A stretch of DNA of 64,000 nt from Blastocladiella emersonii ATCC 22665 (Eukaryota > Fungi > Blastocladiomycota), in the NCBI GenBank assembly GCA_025594325.1, contig JANHCV010000002.1:2046001-2110000 (forward strand), read 5' to 3'. The notes below the pieces were generated by a model. That model worked only from the letters and a program-made list of their open reading frames with translations. It did no database searches and was not told the origin of the DNA. The translations under genes were made by a program, and so were the position numbers. Within the stretch, counting starts at the first letter, position 1. Each line of letters begins with the position of its first letter. Of this stretch, positions 49,173-60,561 are shown piece after piece.

Positions 49173-50441
49173 GCTTGGCCACGGTCTCGACGCAAACGAC
49201 AGGTCTCGACCGCCAGTCCCTTGAGCTTGGTCGCGCTTGGTCACAGTCCCAACCCGGCCGCGGCCGCCTCGAACCACGAGTTTCCTACCTGCTCATCACG
49301 CCGCAGTTCTGTGACGAGCTTAACTTCTACGTGCGCGTGATCTGAACGCCGTGCGCCTTCACCCCGCTCATCGAGTTGGACGACGCGTCGCTGTTGGACG
49401 CGTCGTTCATGTTCGCCATCACGTCTTCGATCACTGAGGTTGACATCAAGTCGGGTATCTGCACCGGCGAGGGCCTAGAGTTCCCGCGCGAGGCGCGCGA
49501 CATCATCTAGTCGCGCTGAGCTCGATTGAAGCGCCCCATCGTCTTCGTCGCGTTCGTTCTTGGCAACCGCTACTCAGACCTGGTCGAATCGAGCCCATCG
49601 TTTCGCCGCGGGGCCGTCAACGCCACGGTCGCGCTGTTCGTCGTACTGTTCCATGAGAACGCTGACTAACTCATTCAAGCAGTTCCTGCGCCACGACCTT
49701 ACGGGCGAGGATATCGCGCTCACGCTCGCCAGCAACGAGGGCAAGGCCGCGGACGCCCTTCTGGCGCTCGCTGCTGGCGGCCACGACGACGACCAGGATG
49801 CGGCCACCAACCTCTCGCTGTTTGACGAGCTCGATGCGCTTGAGCTCGACGAGACCGAGATCGTGACGCAGCCTCTCGCCCAGGTCTACGCCGTCGCCGT
49901 CTCCAAAGTCGTGCAGAGCGAGGCGATCGGCCACCTCGTCCGCTAGGCTGTGTTGACGCATCGCTCCCTTCCCCTCAGTAACGGAATACATCTCGCTCTC
50001 TTCTTCGTCCTCAATCTTTTGCTTGCTCGTGGTCGTCTAAGAACGTTTAGAGGTGCGCGGGGTCCGGAAATGACGAACCAGATTATTTCATGTCTTCGGA
50101 TAGTCTTGATTGATTTGACACCTCACAGACTCCTCACGCTCACGGTGAGTCTCACCGTGTGAGAGTGAGCATCTTTGCCTCCCTCCTCACACGTGCCAAC
50201 ACTAACGGGCTCGATGTGGCGCAGCGCGTCTCGCACGTTTCACGTGATTCTCAAACGCGTCGATCATGTGCGAGACACTTTTCCTTGATCACAAAACGTC
50301 GCCTCCGACCCGGGTGGGACACAACATGCGTGCTGTCGATCGCACGCCATATTCTAAACCGTTGACTCGAGCTCGGATCGATGCATCTGGAACCTCTGAA
50401 GCTCGAGCAACTCTACGCTATGCAACGGAGCTGATGCAATC

Positions 50442-51363
50442 ATGACGACCTGGAGATACAACCCAGCCAATCTCTCGGACAATCTGTTCCACTTTGGGCT
50501 CTCCTTGCACATTCTCGGGCTTGGCCTGATCGCGATATGCACGCGGACATGCGTGATCAAAGTGCGCCGATCGCCATCGCCGTTCTGGTGGGGATGCATG
50601 GTGTCGACGTCGTTTCTCTTGACGGCGACACTCATGGAACTCGCCTACATTCTCTCGCGGCAGTCGAGCGGGACTATCTGGGGATGGAGCGCGACGTTGA
50701 GCGCGTCGTCACGTTCATCGCGTTCCTTGCAGTCGCCCTCATCAACGTATCCGTCGACACGCTCTTCGCGTCCGTGGTCACGAACACGATCCGAAACGCG
50801 CGCCGCGGGTCGGACGTGTCGCGGTTCATGGGACTCGAGAAATGGTACATCCGAAAGCTGTATTGCATCATCACTCCACGGCTGACTCTTCGCGCCCCGT
50901 CCGACCCTGTTTCTAGGCGTTTCCGCTACCTCGCGTACCTGCCCGCCATGATCGCGTACCTCGGCTACGGCGGCGCGCTCGTGGCTGCGATCGCGCTCAA
51001 CTCGGCCACGGGGCTCAACTTCTCGACCATCACGCTGTGCCGGTTCAGCGCCACGGTCGCGCTCTCGACGTTTGTGTTGTACAGTGTGCCGCGGACCAAG
51101 TCGCTGATTGCGGCCTCACGCAGCCAGGCAGCGTCGACCGCGTACCAGTCGGCCAACACCGAAAGCCTCACGGCGCCCAACTCGGTCATCGGATCCACAG
51201 CGTCCAAGGCAACGCGCGGCAGCGGTGGTGGAGGCGGTGGTGGTGGAGGTCCTACGGTACGCCCTAGCGGACTGATCAGCCCGGATCGCTGGGCGGACCT
51301 TGACTGCGCGTATCTCGCACCGTGTAGGTTGAGCGGAGCGCGTCCGTTCCGGCCGACGAGTAA
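50442..51363 (+). pseudogene. 7TM GPCR-like paralog C, internal deletion of TM3-TM4 with frameshift near 50687
   Basis: GTIWGW is joined out of frame to RDVERVVTF; the rest is colinear with paralog B, including the intron at 50845-50916. Confidence 0.8.
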
Positions 51364-51490
51364 AGTGTCTCCCAGCTGTCGAAAGTCGGGACTGACTCCG
51401 TTTCCTCTCCCATCACGCTGTCTCTTTCGGTATAAATGGCCCAAGTAAATCTGGACTCTCAAGCGTCGTTCACGATGATAACTTGAAGCA

Positions 51491-52726
51491 ATGGCATCCA
51501 CATGGAAGTTTGACCCCAACAACTACGTCGACCGGCTGACGGCCCTCGGCATCGCGCTGCACATTGCTGGTGAGCTGGCGCTATTCGCGTCCATGGCCGT
51601 CTGCGTGCGACATCTCCACGGCAGACGAACGCCGTTCTGGTGGTTCACGTTCGCCGCGTGCGTGATCCTGGTTCCTTCGTCGGCCCTCGAGATCGGCTAC
51701 TCGCTGTCCAAGATGTCGAACGGGACGCTGTGGACATGGAACTCGTTCCTCTCGCTCGCCGGCGACCTGACGGTCCGCGTCGGTTTCGCCATGATGAGCG
51801 TACTGCGGTTCTACCGCGTGGCCCTCGTCCGTGGTCCGACCGACGTGCACGCCAAAAAGCAGCTCTATGCGGCGTCGACCGTCGTGTCCCTGGTTCTTTG
51901 CGTCTCGGCCGTGCTCGTCACGCAGGTGCGCGTCCTCGAGAACCAGTACGTCAAGGAGCGCGCAGCCGGTAAACCGCCGCCGGACCTGGTCGACGCGCGC
52001 AACACGGAGCGCTACGTGACGTTCGCGACGTTCCTGTTCATCAGCGCGTGCAACGTGGCCACCGATATTCTCTTTGTGCGCGTGATCCTCGGCAGCATCC
52101 GAAGGACCAAGCTGAGCGCGTCGCAGGGCGGGCTCGGGACGCGGACGGACCTGAGTTCCGGGAGCGCGACGCTCGCGATCCGCAAGCTGCGCAAACACTG
52201 GCGGTCGAGTCTGCCGTACCTCCCGTCGCTCCTGACCTACGTTGCGTACGCGGTCACGCTCATCGTCACGGTCGTCAGCCCCGACACGGGCAACACGTAC
52301 CTGACGATTACGCTGTGCCGCTTCTCGGCCAACGTCATGGCCGCGACTTTCGTGCTGCACTCGATCCCGCAGACCAAGCGGCTCGTCAAACGCGCGCGCG
52401 GCGGGAGTACGGGCGTGGTGAACGGGTCCAACAACCCGCGCGGCAGCAGCCATCAGCTCGGCACCACGCAGGCGGCTGGCGCGGCGGCCTCGGGATCCGA
52501 GACCTTCATATCGGCCTCGAGCCAGCTGTCGTTGTCCGGCGGCCCCGAGCAACCTAGCCGAACGGGTCTGACGCCCGGCTCCCGACACGGCAGCAGCTAT
52601 CAGCTCGGCAGCTTGCCGACGACGGCCACGTCGGCCTCGGCGTCCAACGCGCTCCTGATCCCGAGCCAGTCCACGGCCGTGGCCCCCGAGAAACCTCGCG
52701 GATCCGTGGCCGCGGACGCCAATTGA
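51491..52726 (+). CDS. 7TM GPCR-like paralog D, intronless, 411 aa
   Basis: Single uninterrupted ORF with seven TM segments; PFWW, LRFYR, TITLCRFS shared with paralogs A-C. Confidence 0.8.
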   Translation: MASTWKFDPNNYVDRLTALGIALHIAGELALFASMAVCVRHLHGRRTPFWWFTFAACVILVPSSALEIGYSLSKMSNGTLWTWNSFLSLAGDLTVRVGFAMMSVLRFYRVALVRGPTDVHAKKQLYAASTVVSLVLCVSAVLVTQVRVLENQYVKERAAGKPPPDLVDARNTERYVTFATFLFISACNVATDILFVRVILGSIRRTKLSASQGGLGTRTDLSSGSATLAIRKLRKHWRSSLPYLPSLLTYVAYAVTLIVTVVSPDTGNTYLTITLCRFSANVMAATFVLHSIPQTKRLVKRARGGSTGVVNGSNNPRGSSHQLGTTQAAGAAASGSETFISASSQLSLSGGPEQPSRTGLTPGSRHGSSYQLGSLPTTATSASASNALLIPSQSTAVAPEKPRGSVAADAN

Positions 52727-52753
52727 TGGAATAAACTGGGTGTGGATTCATTT

Positions 52754-55700
52754 TTACACCTGTTTGTACGAGTACCAGAGGTAGATGGCGAGGAGCCAGA
52801 AGCAGAAGGTGACGGCGGTGAGCGACATGGTGGACTGCTGGACCGACGCGATGGGCGTGGCGTTGAGCACGAACACGGGCATATCCGTGGCCAGCGTGCA
52901 GTAGCTCCCAATCGGCACGAACACGCGGAAGTGGTACAGCTCGGCGCCCTTGAACACGAGCGACGCGTTGACGGTCGGGTCGGCCGTGGCCATGAAGGTG
53001 GCGTTGGGCGGCGCGCACTCGTTGACGAACGAGCTGATGCACCAGTCGGCGCGGTTGTTGAGCTCGACGATCGTGAAGGGTACGGCGACCGGCGAAAAGT
53101 TGTCCATGTCGCGCGTCAGGAAGAAGCTAAGCGGCAGATCCGCCTGCTGGTACGCGCTCAGCACCCGCGTGATGCAGTCGCTGTCCTCGATCCGGAACGA
53201 CCGCGTCTCGGCGTCTGAGCACCCGCACGCCGTCCGGTTCGCCTTGCCCGCGCACGTGTGGTAGGAGCCCGTCGATTTGCTCAGCGGGAAGAAGTCGTTG
53301 TACCGCGGCGCGCTCGGGTCCGCGTTGTAGATGTACGTCGAGTTGGGCACGCCGACGCCCAGCGCCGACGGCGGGCGGTAGTTGGTCTGGAGAGTCCGTC
53401 TCTTTGTTAGCGTGGCCTCGAGTCAAAGGTCTAAAAGCAGTCGTACCGGCAAATACGTGATCATGGACGCGCCGTTCGGGAACACGAGGTCGTCGCGGAG
53501 CTCGAGGCTGTCCGAGTTGGGGATGTTGTAGAAGAGGCGGTACGACGGGTGGCACCCGTTGATGACGCGCATCGTCGGAATCGTGAAGGGGCACGCGATC
53601 GACATGGGGCTCGGCATGATCCCGACCGTGGACCCGACGCCGACACCAACCGCCGTAGCGGCCGCCGAGTTCTCGCCGACCGCCGCGAGCGCCGTCGAGA
53701 CGGTCGCGTCGATGTTGTTGAATGCGATCTGCATCGCCGACGTGGGCGCGAACCGGTCGAGCGAGCTGTTGGCGCTCGTCGTCGTCGCGTAGTAGTCGGC
53801 CTGGGTGAGCAGCAGGCCGAGCGTGCCGATCGTCGCGCCCTTGGGTGGGATCGTGGTCCCGTCGATCGCCCACTCCCACGACGCGCGCAGCTGCAGCTGG
53901 TCAAACGACGCCAGGTACTCGACCGGGTGGTGGTTCAGGTCCACGTTGTTGAGCTGGAAGTGGATGTCCATGCCGCGTACCGAGCACGCTGGCGGGACGA
54001 CCGACCACGTCTTGCGCTACACGGACGGAAACGCTGGTCAGCTCCCATCCCGGCAATCCCAAGCGGAAGCGACGTACCGGCTGAAGGTAAGTGGACGAAA
54101 CATAGTCGGCAGCAAACACGGCGACCTGGCTCGCATCGAAACTGGACCCCGCGAGCCCCGCCATCGCCGTGACCACGAGCGCGCTCGCCGCGGTCGCCGA
54201 CGCGACGCGGGTGATCCGAAGCAGCGCCGCACCGCCGTTGATCGAGACGTACGAGTTGAGCATGCTCGCGGCGAACGCGAAAGCCTTGCCGCTCTGCGTG
54301 GACAAACTGACCTCAGACCCGGCGGTTGCAGTCCCCGCAGCGACAGAAATCGACTGCCCGTAGCTCATGGCCGCAGCGGGTCGCGCGCGCAGGTCGACGA
54401 CCTTCCACCGCGTGGTCCCCGAGATCGGCAGAGTCAGGGCGAGCGACGAGATGACCATCCCGCGGACCGTCTGCGCGTCGGTCACGGAGAGCACAAAGAC
54501 GGCGTGGACCGAGTTGACGACGACTGTGGACCCGACGACGCGCGAGTCCCACGCGGCGCTGGACGACGTCAGGACCAGGTCGACGAGCGTCTCGCCGGAC
54601 CCCGCGACCGTGGCGCCCGTCGCGCGCACGTCCATGGCGGTCGCGGTGATAGCGAGCGGCGTGATGGCCGTGAGCTCCTGCACGTAGGCGGACGCGCCGT
54701 CGGTGGCCACCTGGGAGACGAACAGAGTCCCGCCGGTCAAAATCGAGATGAGCTGGCCCTGGTCCTGGTCCGTGAACGCGTTGGCGACCGCGGCGCCCGT
54801 CGCGCTGAGTGCGCGCAGTGTCACCTGGTCGATCCCCGCGGGGACATACCCGAGCGACGCCGCGGCCGCGGTGTCGTGCACGTCGATCGGGGCCGGGTTG
54901 ATGTCGTACATCGCCGACGACTGCGTGATGGACGTGACGCTGACGGGTGTGCGCTGCAGCGCAAGCGTGGTGCCGTCAAGCGACACGAGATCGAGGCGGA
55001 TCAGGTTCCCCGCGAGGTCGAACAGCACGGCGGACGCGGGCGGGGCGCCCGTGGACCCGGCAAACGACTGCGAGGCCGAGATGGGCGTGAGCAGCGCGAC
55101 GCCCGCGCGCCCGTACAGGATGGTCCCCGACGGCGTAAGTACGGCGTACGCGTTGCGGTGGCGGCAGCTCGCGTATGCGGTCCCCGCGCCGCCGAGCGTG
55201 CTGGGCACGCGCATCGTGGTGCGCCACGTCGTCCCGCCGTCGGACGACGCGAGCACGTGCGAGCCCACGGCGTGCAGCTCGTACTCGTCGACGTGCGGGA
55301 AGATGCCGAGCGACGGCGTGGCGTCCGAGGGCAGGGTTGCGACGGTGCTCGCGGTCGTCGCGTTGACGATCGAGTACGTGTTGGACGCCAGCTTGAGCAG
55401 CGCGAGCGGGGAGACCACGGATAGGTCCGACGTGAACGTGTCGACGACGGTGGCGCCCGAGGGGAATGCGGCTGAGGCGAGCCACTTGGAGTGCAGCGGG
55501 TGCGCGCTACTCAGGAGCAGCCAGTACGCGGCGCGCGCGCTGTACAGCGTGACCGACGGCGCATAGCAGCTGCGGCGGCCGAAGAGCAGCGCGCCGGCGG
55601 TCCCCTGGTCAATGGCCGCGATTCCCGTCGTGACGCGCACGACGTTGGTGAGCGCCGTCGACATCTGGTACAGCCCGTTCGATGTGGCGACGAGCAGGAC

Positions 55701-56912
55701 GTCACGGACGCCGAACCCGATATCGTAGACGGTGAAGCTTGTACAGTTGGCGCACAGCGACGAGAGCGAGAATGCGCGCCACGTCGCCCAGCTGTCGAGC
55801 GTGTGGAGGACCTGGTTGTTGGTCGTGGGCGACGTGAAGGCGAACGCGTGGCTCTTGCGGCACGGGTGCGGGACGAGGCGGAGCGCCGTGACGGGGGCCG
55901 ATGGGAGCGCGGGGGACGCGAGCGGCGCGATGCCCCACTTGACGCCGTTGACGGCGGCGGGGCTGATGCTCACGACGCTCGGCGCGATGTTGCACCCGAG
56001 CGCAGACGCGCCCGTCGCCGAGAGCTCGAGGTAGACGAGCGACGCGCTCACGAGCGCCTGGCTGTTGATGTGCACCCGCCACGTGCGGTCGGTCGTGTTG
56101 AGCACGGGCGTCAGCGTCTGGTCCATGGTGTCATTACGCAGCACGACGTCCGGGTAGTGGCCCTGAACGATCATGGACTGCGCGAGGACGCGCGAGGGAA
56201 CGATGCCCTGTGGGTCAACGACGTTGATGGTCACGTCGGCGCTGGCCAGGCCGAGCTTCGAGTCCATGGACCACGACACGGTCGAGTCGAACGTCGCGCA
56301 GGTCACTACACGGCGAGAGGCTGTCAGCGGCTACTTTGAGCGGCCAGACATCAGTCGTGCGCACTCGGCTTGCTCTGCACGTTAATGAACAACGAGAGCG
56401 TCTTGCTCGGGGTTCCGTCGAGGTCGACGGCCTTGAACGTCTTGACGGACGCTGGCGAGCCGGACGTGAGCGGCGTGATAGTGCCGTCGGTGAGCGTCAC
56501 GGTGACGATCTTGGTGCCCGTGGTGCGGTAGACGTAGGCGAGGGATTGCTGCGCGGCGGTGCTCGGCGTGCTGAACACGGAAGTCGCCGCCTCACCCGAG
56601 GCCGAGGTCTCGCCCCAGTCGACGAGCATCGTGTACTGTGCTGTTGGTGGAACGCGGAACAGTGCCGTGATCTTGGTTTCTGTGGGCGAGCCGGTCGCTG
56701 CGTCAGGGACGTGTCTGGAGGCGGCGCTGAGCGGACATACGGTAGCCCACATGGTACGAGTCCCCGAGCTCGGACGACGCCGAGACGACGGCGTCAAAGT
56801 CGGCTGCTCGGACAGCGGACGTCAACAGTCCCACGGCCAGCACAAGGCCCACGAGCGCCGCGAACAGCCGATGGCGCAGATTGCATGGTGACACAGAGGT
56901 CCAAGAGCGCAT
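52754..56912 (-). CDS. CATSPERB: CatSper channel auxiliary subunit beta homologue, 1305 aa; exons 56912-56741, 56679-56365, 56305-54078, 54016-53447, 53386-52754
   Basis: Signal peptide, large ectodomain and C-terminal TM; LPTNYRPPS..G..VP....IYNADPS..P....F..SK.TG....C....R..CGC.....SDC and FKGAELYHFRV...YC match recalled CATSPERB C-terminal motifs; four 59-61 bp introns join all exons in frame. Confidence 0.82.
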
Positions 56913-57037
56913 TTTGATTCATGGGAGGGCGTTTGTGAGGCCGGCCGAGAAGGGGGCGAGCGTGTGAGACGATCGGCGCGACGCGTCTCCGCGCGCGAAG
57001 TTGGCGCGTCTCGCGGCGGGTCACTTGACCTCCCCAC

Positions 57038-57722
57038 ATGACGCGCATGCAGCTGATACTTCCCCGCCGCGACGGCGAGGGCGCGATTGCCACCCCCGCT
57101 AACTCGGTGCACTTTCTTCCGTGCACCGTGCACGCCGACCGGGCGGCGCCCGTCTCCAAGTACTTTGTCGTCGAGCCGGCGTCCGTGCCGACGGCGACGG
57201 GGACGGACTCTGCTGCGGTGAGTGCTGCCCCTGAGCCTGCTTTCCGCTCCTCGTTCCGCGGTCGTCGGCTTGAGGGCAAGGTGCCTGACACGCATGGTTA
57301 CACGGGTACGCCGCAGTCTAGCAGCCAGGACGTTCGTGACGGCGTGCTGAGCCGGCATCCGTCCGCCTCCAGGTCTAGTTCTTCGGGCGCAGCCGGCTTC
57401 GGGCCGCGACCCTACGACCGGCGAGCACGCCGAGGACAGCTACCACGACGAGCCCATGGAGGAGGAGACTTCCGCGAGGTCCGACCTCGAGGTCCGCGCC
57501 GTGGGCCACCTCGCCAACCCGATCGTGTGGGACCACGACCAGCTCCCGACAGTTTACGAGTCGGCCGTCATGCGTGGGTTCGAGTGGGCCTGGCTTATGA
57601 ACGAGGTGCGGATGAATCACTCGCAGTCGCTCATGTCATGCTTACTGACGCGGACGTCCTTGGTGTAGGTCCATCGCCCTGTCGAGTACCCTGCCGAGAC
57701 GGAGGAGGCGACGAGCGATTGA
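57038..57722 (+). CDS. RNH203: RNase H2 subunit C, 3 exons
   Basis: VHFLPCTVH...VSKYF, SSFRGRRLEG...GYTG, VWDHD...EWAWL..VH. Confidence 0.85.
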
Positions 57723-57755
57723 ATACAAAGCGTCTATTCATGATAATCCACGCAA

Positions 57756-58166
57756 TCACGCCGCCTCGATCGCGCCCGCTGCCGCCGCGCGCTTCGTATC
57801 GCGGCGCCACAGGATCACGTGGAACACGTAGTACAGCGCGGTCGCGAACGGGAAAGCCAGCAGCGCGGTGGTGTACGCCGTGGACCGCTTGCCCGTAACC
57901 TCGTCGTGAACGTGGAAGCTGAACTGGACCGCGTTGACGAGCAGGTTGAGCGTGCTCAGACCGACAAACTTCTCCCAGCTTGACACGAGGCCGTGGAAGA
58001 CCCACAGCTGCAGGGCGATATGAATGACCGTGAACTGGTACGCCCGGACGTTGACAAAGAAGTCGGCGCCCAGCACGATCAGCGTGGCGACCAGCAGCGC
58101 GAGGCACGCGTACTTGGAGTACGTGACGGCCCGCGAGTCGGCGTGCTTGGGGGTCTCGTCGGTCAT
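57756..58166 (-). CDS. Small four-TM membrane protein, 136 aa, unknown family
   Basis: Four hydrophobic helices; GC3-rich codon usage; alternative ATG at 58178. Confidence 0.65.
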   Translation of the reverse strand: MTDETPKHADSRAVTYSKYACLALLVATLIVLGADFFVNVRAYQFTVIHIALQLWVFHGLVSSWEKFVGLSTLNLLVNAVQFSFHVHDEVTGKRSTAYTTALLAFPFATALYYVFHVILWRRDTKRAAAAGAIEAA

Positions 58167-58965
58167 GGTGTGATGCATGGGTTCTAGTGTGTTGATGCGT
58201 GTTGATGCGTGGTGCCTGCTTCTTGTGGAGAGCGTGGACACGAGCGCGGACAAGTTCCCTTGGCGCGGACCGCCAGTTGAAGCTGTGGCGGCGAATGGTC
58301 CATTCCGTACACGTCGTGGCGGCATCGATGATCAGCGCGATCACGACGAGCGCGGTGCACGCGTGCTTGGACCGCTTGAAGGCTGGCGACATGGTGTCCT
58401 CGGGCGGGAGCTCGTTGGTTGACATGGTGGCGATGATCGCTTTGTTCGAGGGAGAGCGAGAGAAAGCATGTCATCCGCTTGCTGTGGGGAAGGCGGCGCC
58501 GCACGCGGCGGCCCAGGTTGTTCCCGCCTGCGCGCTGCAGTGGCAACGCACTACGTGACGATGAAAGACGCGTCCTTGTCCTTTGCTCGACATCGCTAGG
58601 CCGCATCGTACACTTTCCCATAAACTGGTTCAAGGCAAACCTCGAACGCGACTGATCGCGCCGAAGGTGAGACAGTCACGCGGTTTTTCACGTGGTGATG
58701 CGAGACGCGTTTTGATCATGATCGATCACTGCCGGCGAGGGCGAAGATGGAGAAGCGCGCATGCTGGAGAGTCAAGAGAGTAGATAAAGTATGCATTGCA
58801 ATGCATTCACGCGACGGAGTAGACATAGGAATGGTGAGCGAGCAGGGCTGAATCTCAATTCAACGATGTCATACCTCGCAGTTGGACTCGGACAAGAACA
58901 TTGAGGAGAGCAAAACTATAGATCTATGTACAAGGAGACACTCCATCATCTTCCACCACTGGAAC

Positions 58966-60561
58966 TCACGCGCGGTTCGGGCCGACGGCCTTGAAGTCGT
59001 CGCCCGCGTCAGGCACCCGGTTCGCCTCGCCCGCGAGGTCGAGCTTGGCGTGCCGGCGGCTGTAGCCAAAGTAGATGACGATGCCGATCGCCATCCAGCC
59101 GAACAAGCGGATGAGCGAGTCCTTGCCGCCCGAGACGAGAAGGAACAGGCAGGTGGCCATGCCGAGGCCGGGGACGAGGATCGGGCCGCCAGGCACGCGG
59201 AACGGACGCTCAACGTCGGGACGCGTGAACCGGAGCATCATCACCGACGCGCAAACGAATGTGAAGCATAGGAGCGTGCCCGAAGATGTGCCGCTATTGT
59301 TTGCGATAATTCGTAGTCAGTGAGCTGATTCGAGTGGTGGCGGTGGCGAGGTAAGAGACACGTACGCGCTGAGGACGTCGATCGGGAGGAACGCGGACGC
59401 GAGACCGACCACGACGCCGTTGAGGACGAGCGGGAAGATGGGCGTCTTGTACTTGGGGTGCAGTTTGGCAAAAATGGGCGGCAGGAGGCCGTCCTGGGCC
59501 ATGGAGAAGAAGACGCGCGGCTGCGAGTTGAGCGCCACTGCGATGACCGACGTCAGGCCCGCAAGGGCGCCGACGCTAATCGCAATCACGAGCCAGTTCA
59601 TGCCGAGCCCAGCAACGGCCGACGCGAGGGGCGCGCCGCCAGCGAGCGTGCGGAAGTTGGCGATGCCCGTGAGGACGAAGGCCACGGCCATGTAGAGAAG
59701 GGTGCAGATGGTGAGCGAGCCGAGGATACCGATGGGCAGGTCGCGCGCTGGGTTCTTGGCCTCGCCGGCCGTGGTCGAGACGGCGTCGAACCCAATGTAC
59801 GAGAAGAAGACGTTGAACGAGGCCTTGAAGATGCCGCCCCAGCCGAACGTGAGGCCCTTGGCGAGGTCGTCGGCCGTGGGCGTGACGATGAACGGCGACC
59901 AGTTGGCAGGGTTGACGTAGCCGACCGTAGCGAACAGGAACAGGAGGATGACGACGAGCTTGATGACGACGAAGAACGACGTGAAGTTGGCCGACTGCTT
60001 GGCGCCGAGGCACAGGATCGCCGTGATCACGGCCACGATGAGCAGGGCCGGCAGGTTGATGTAGCCCGCGCCAGCGACGAACCCGTCCTTCTCGGTCCAC
60101 TCCCACGGCGTGCTCGTCCACTTGGGGCTGAGCGTCAGGCCAAACACCTTGCACATCTTGATCAGGTACGCGGTCCACCCTTGCGCGACGAGCGCCGAAC
60201 CGACCAGGTACTCGAGCATGAGGTCGAAGCCAATGATGAACGCGGGCAGCTGGCCGAGGCAGGCGTAAGCGTAGGTGTAGGCCGACCCGGAGATGGGCAG
60301 CAAACTCGCGAGCTCGGCGTACGAGAGGCCGGCGAACGCGCACGCGATGCCCGAGAACAGGAACGACAGGATGACGGCGGGACCCGCGTAGTTGGCGGCC
60401 GCGGTGCCCGTGATCACGAAGACGCCCGCGCCGATGATGTCGCCGACGCCGATCATGGTCAGGTCGAGCGCCGTTAGGGACCGCTTCATGCCGTTGGCCC
60501 GCGCATCGTGCTGGATCCGTTCTACTGTCTTGGTGACAAACAGCGACTTGAGGAAGGTCAT
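58966..60561 (-). CDS. APC-superfamily amino-acid permease (CAT/YfnA type), 2 exons
   Basis: DLTMIGVGDIIGAGVFVITG, AGPAVILSF, YAELAS..P.SGSAYTY, YIGFDAVSTTAGEAKNP, RPFRVP. Confidence 0.92.
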
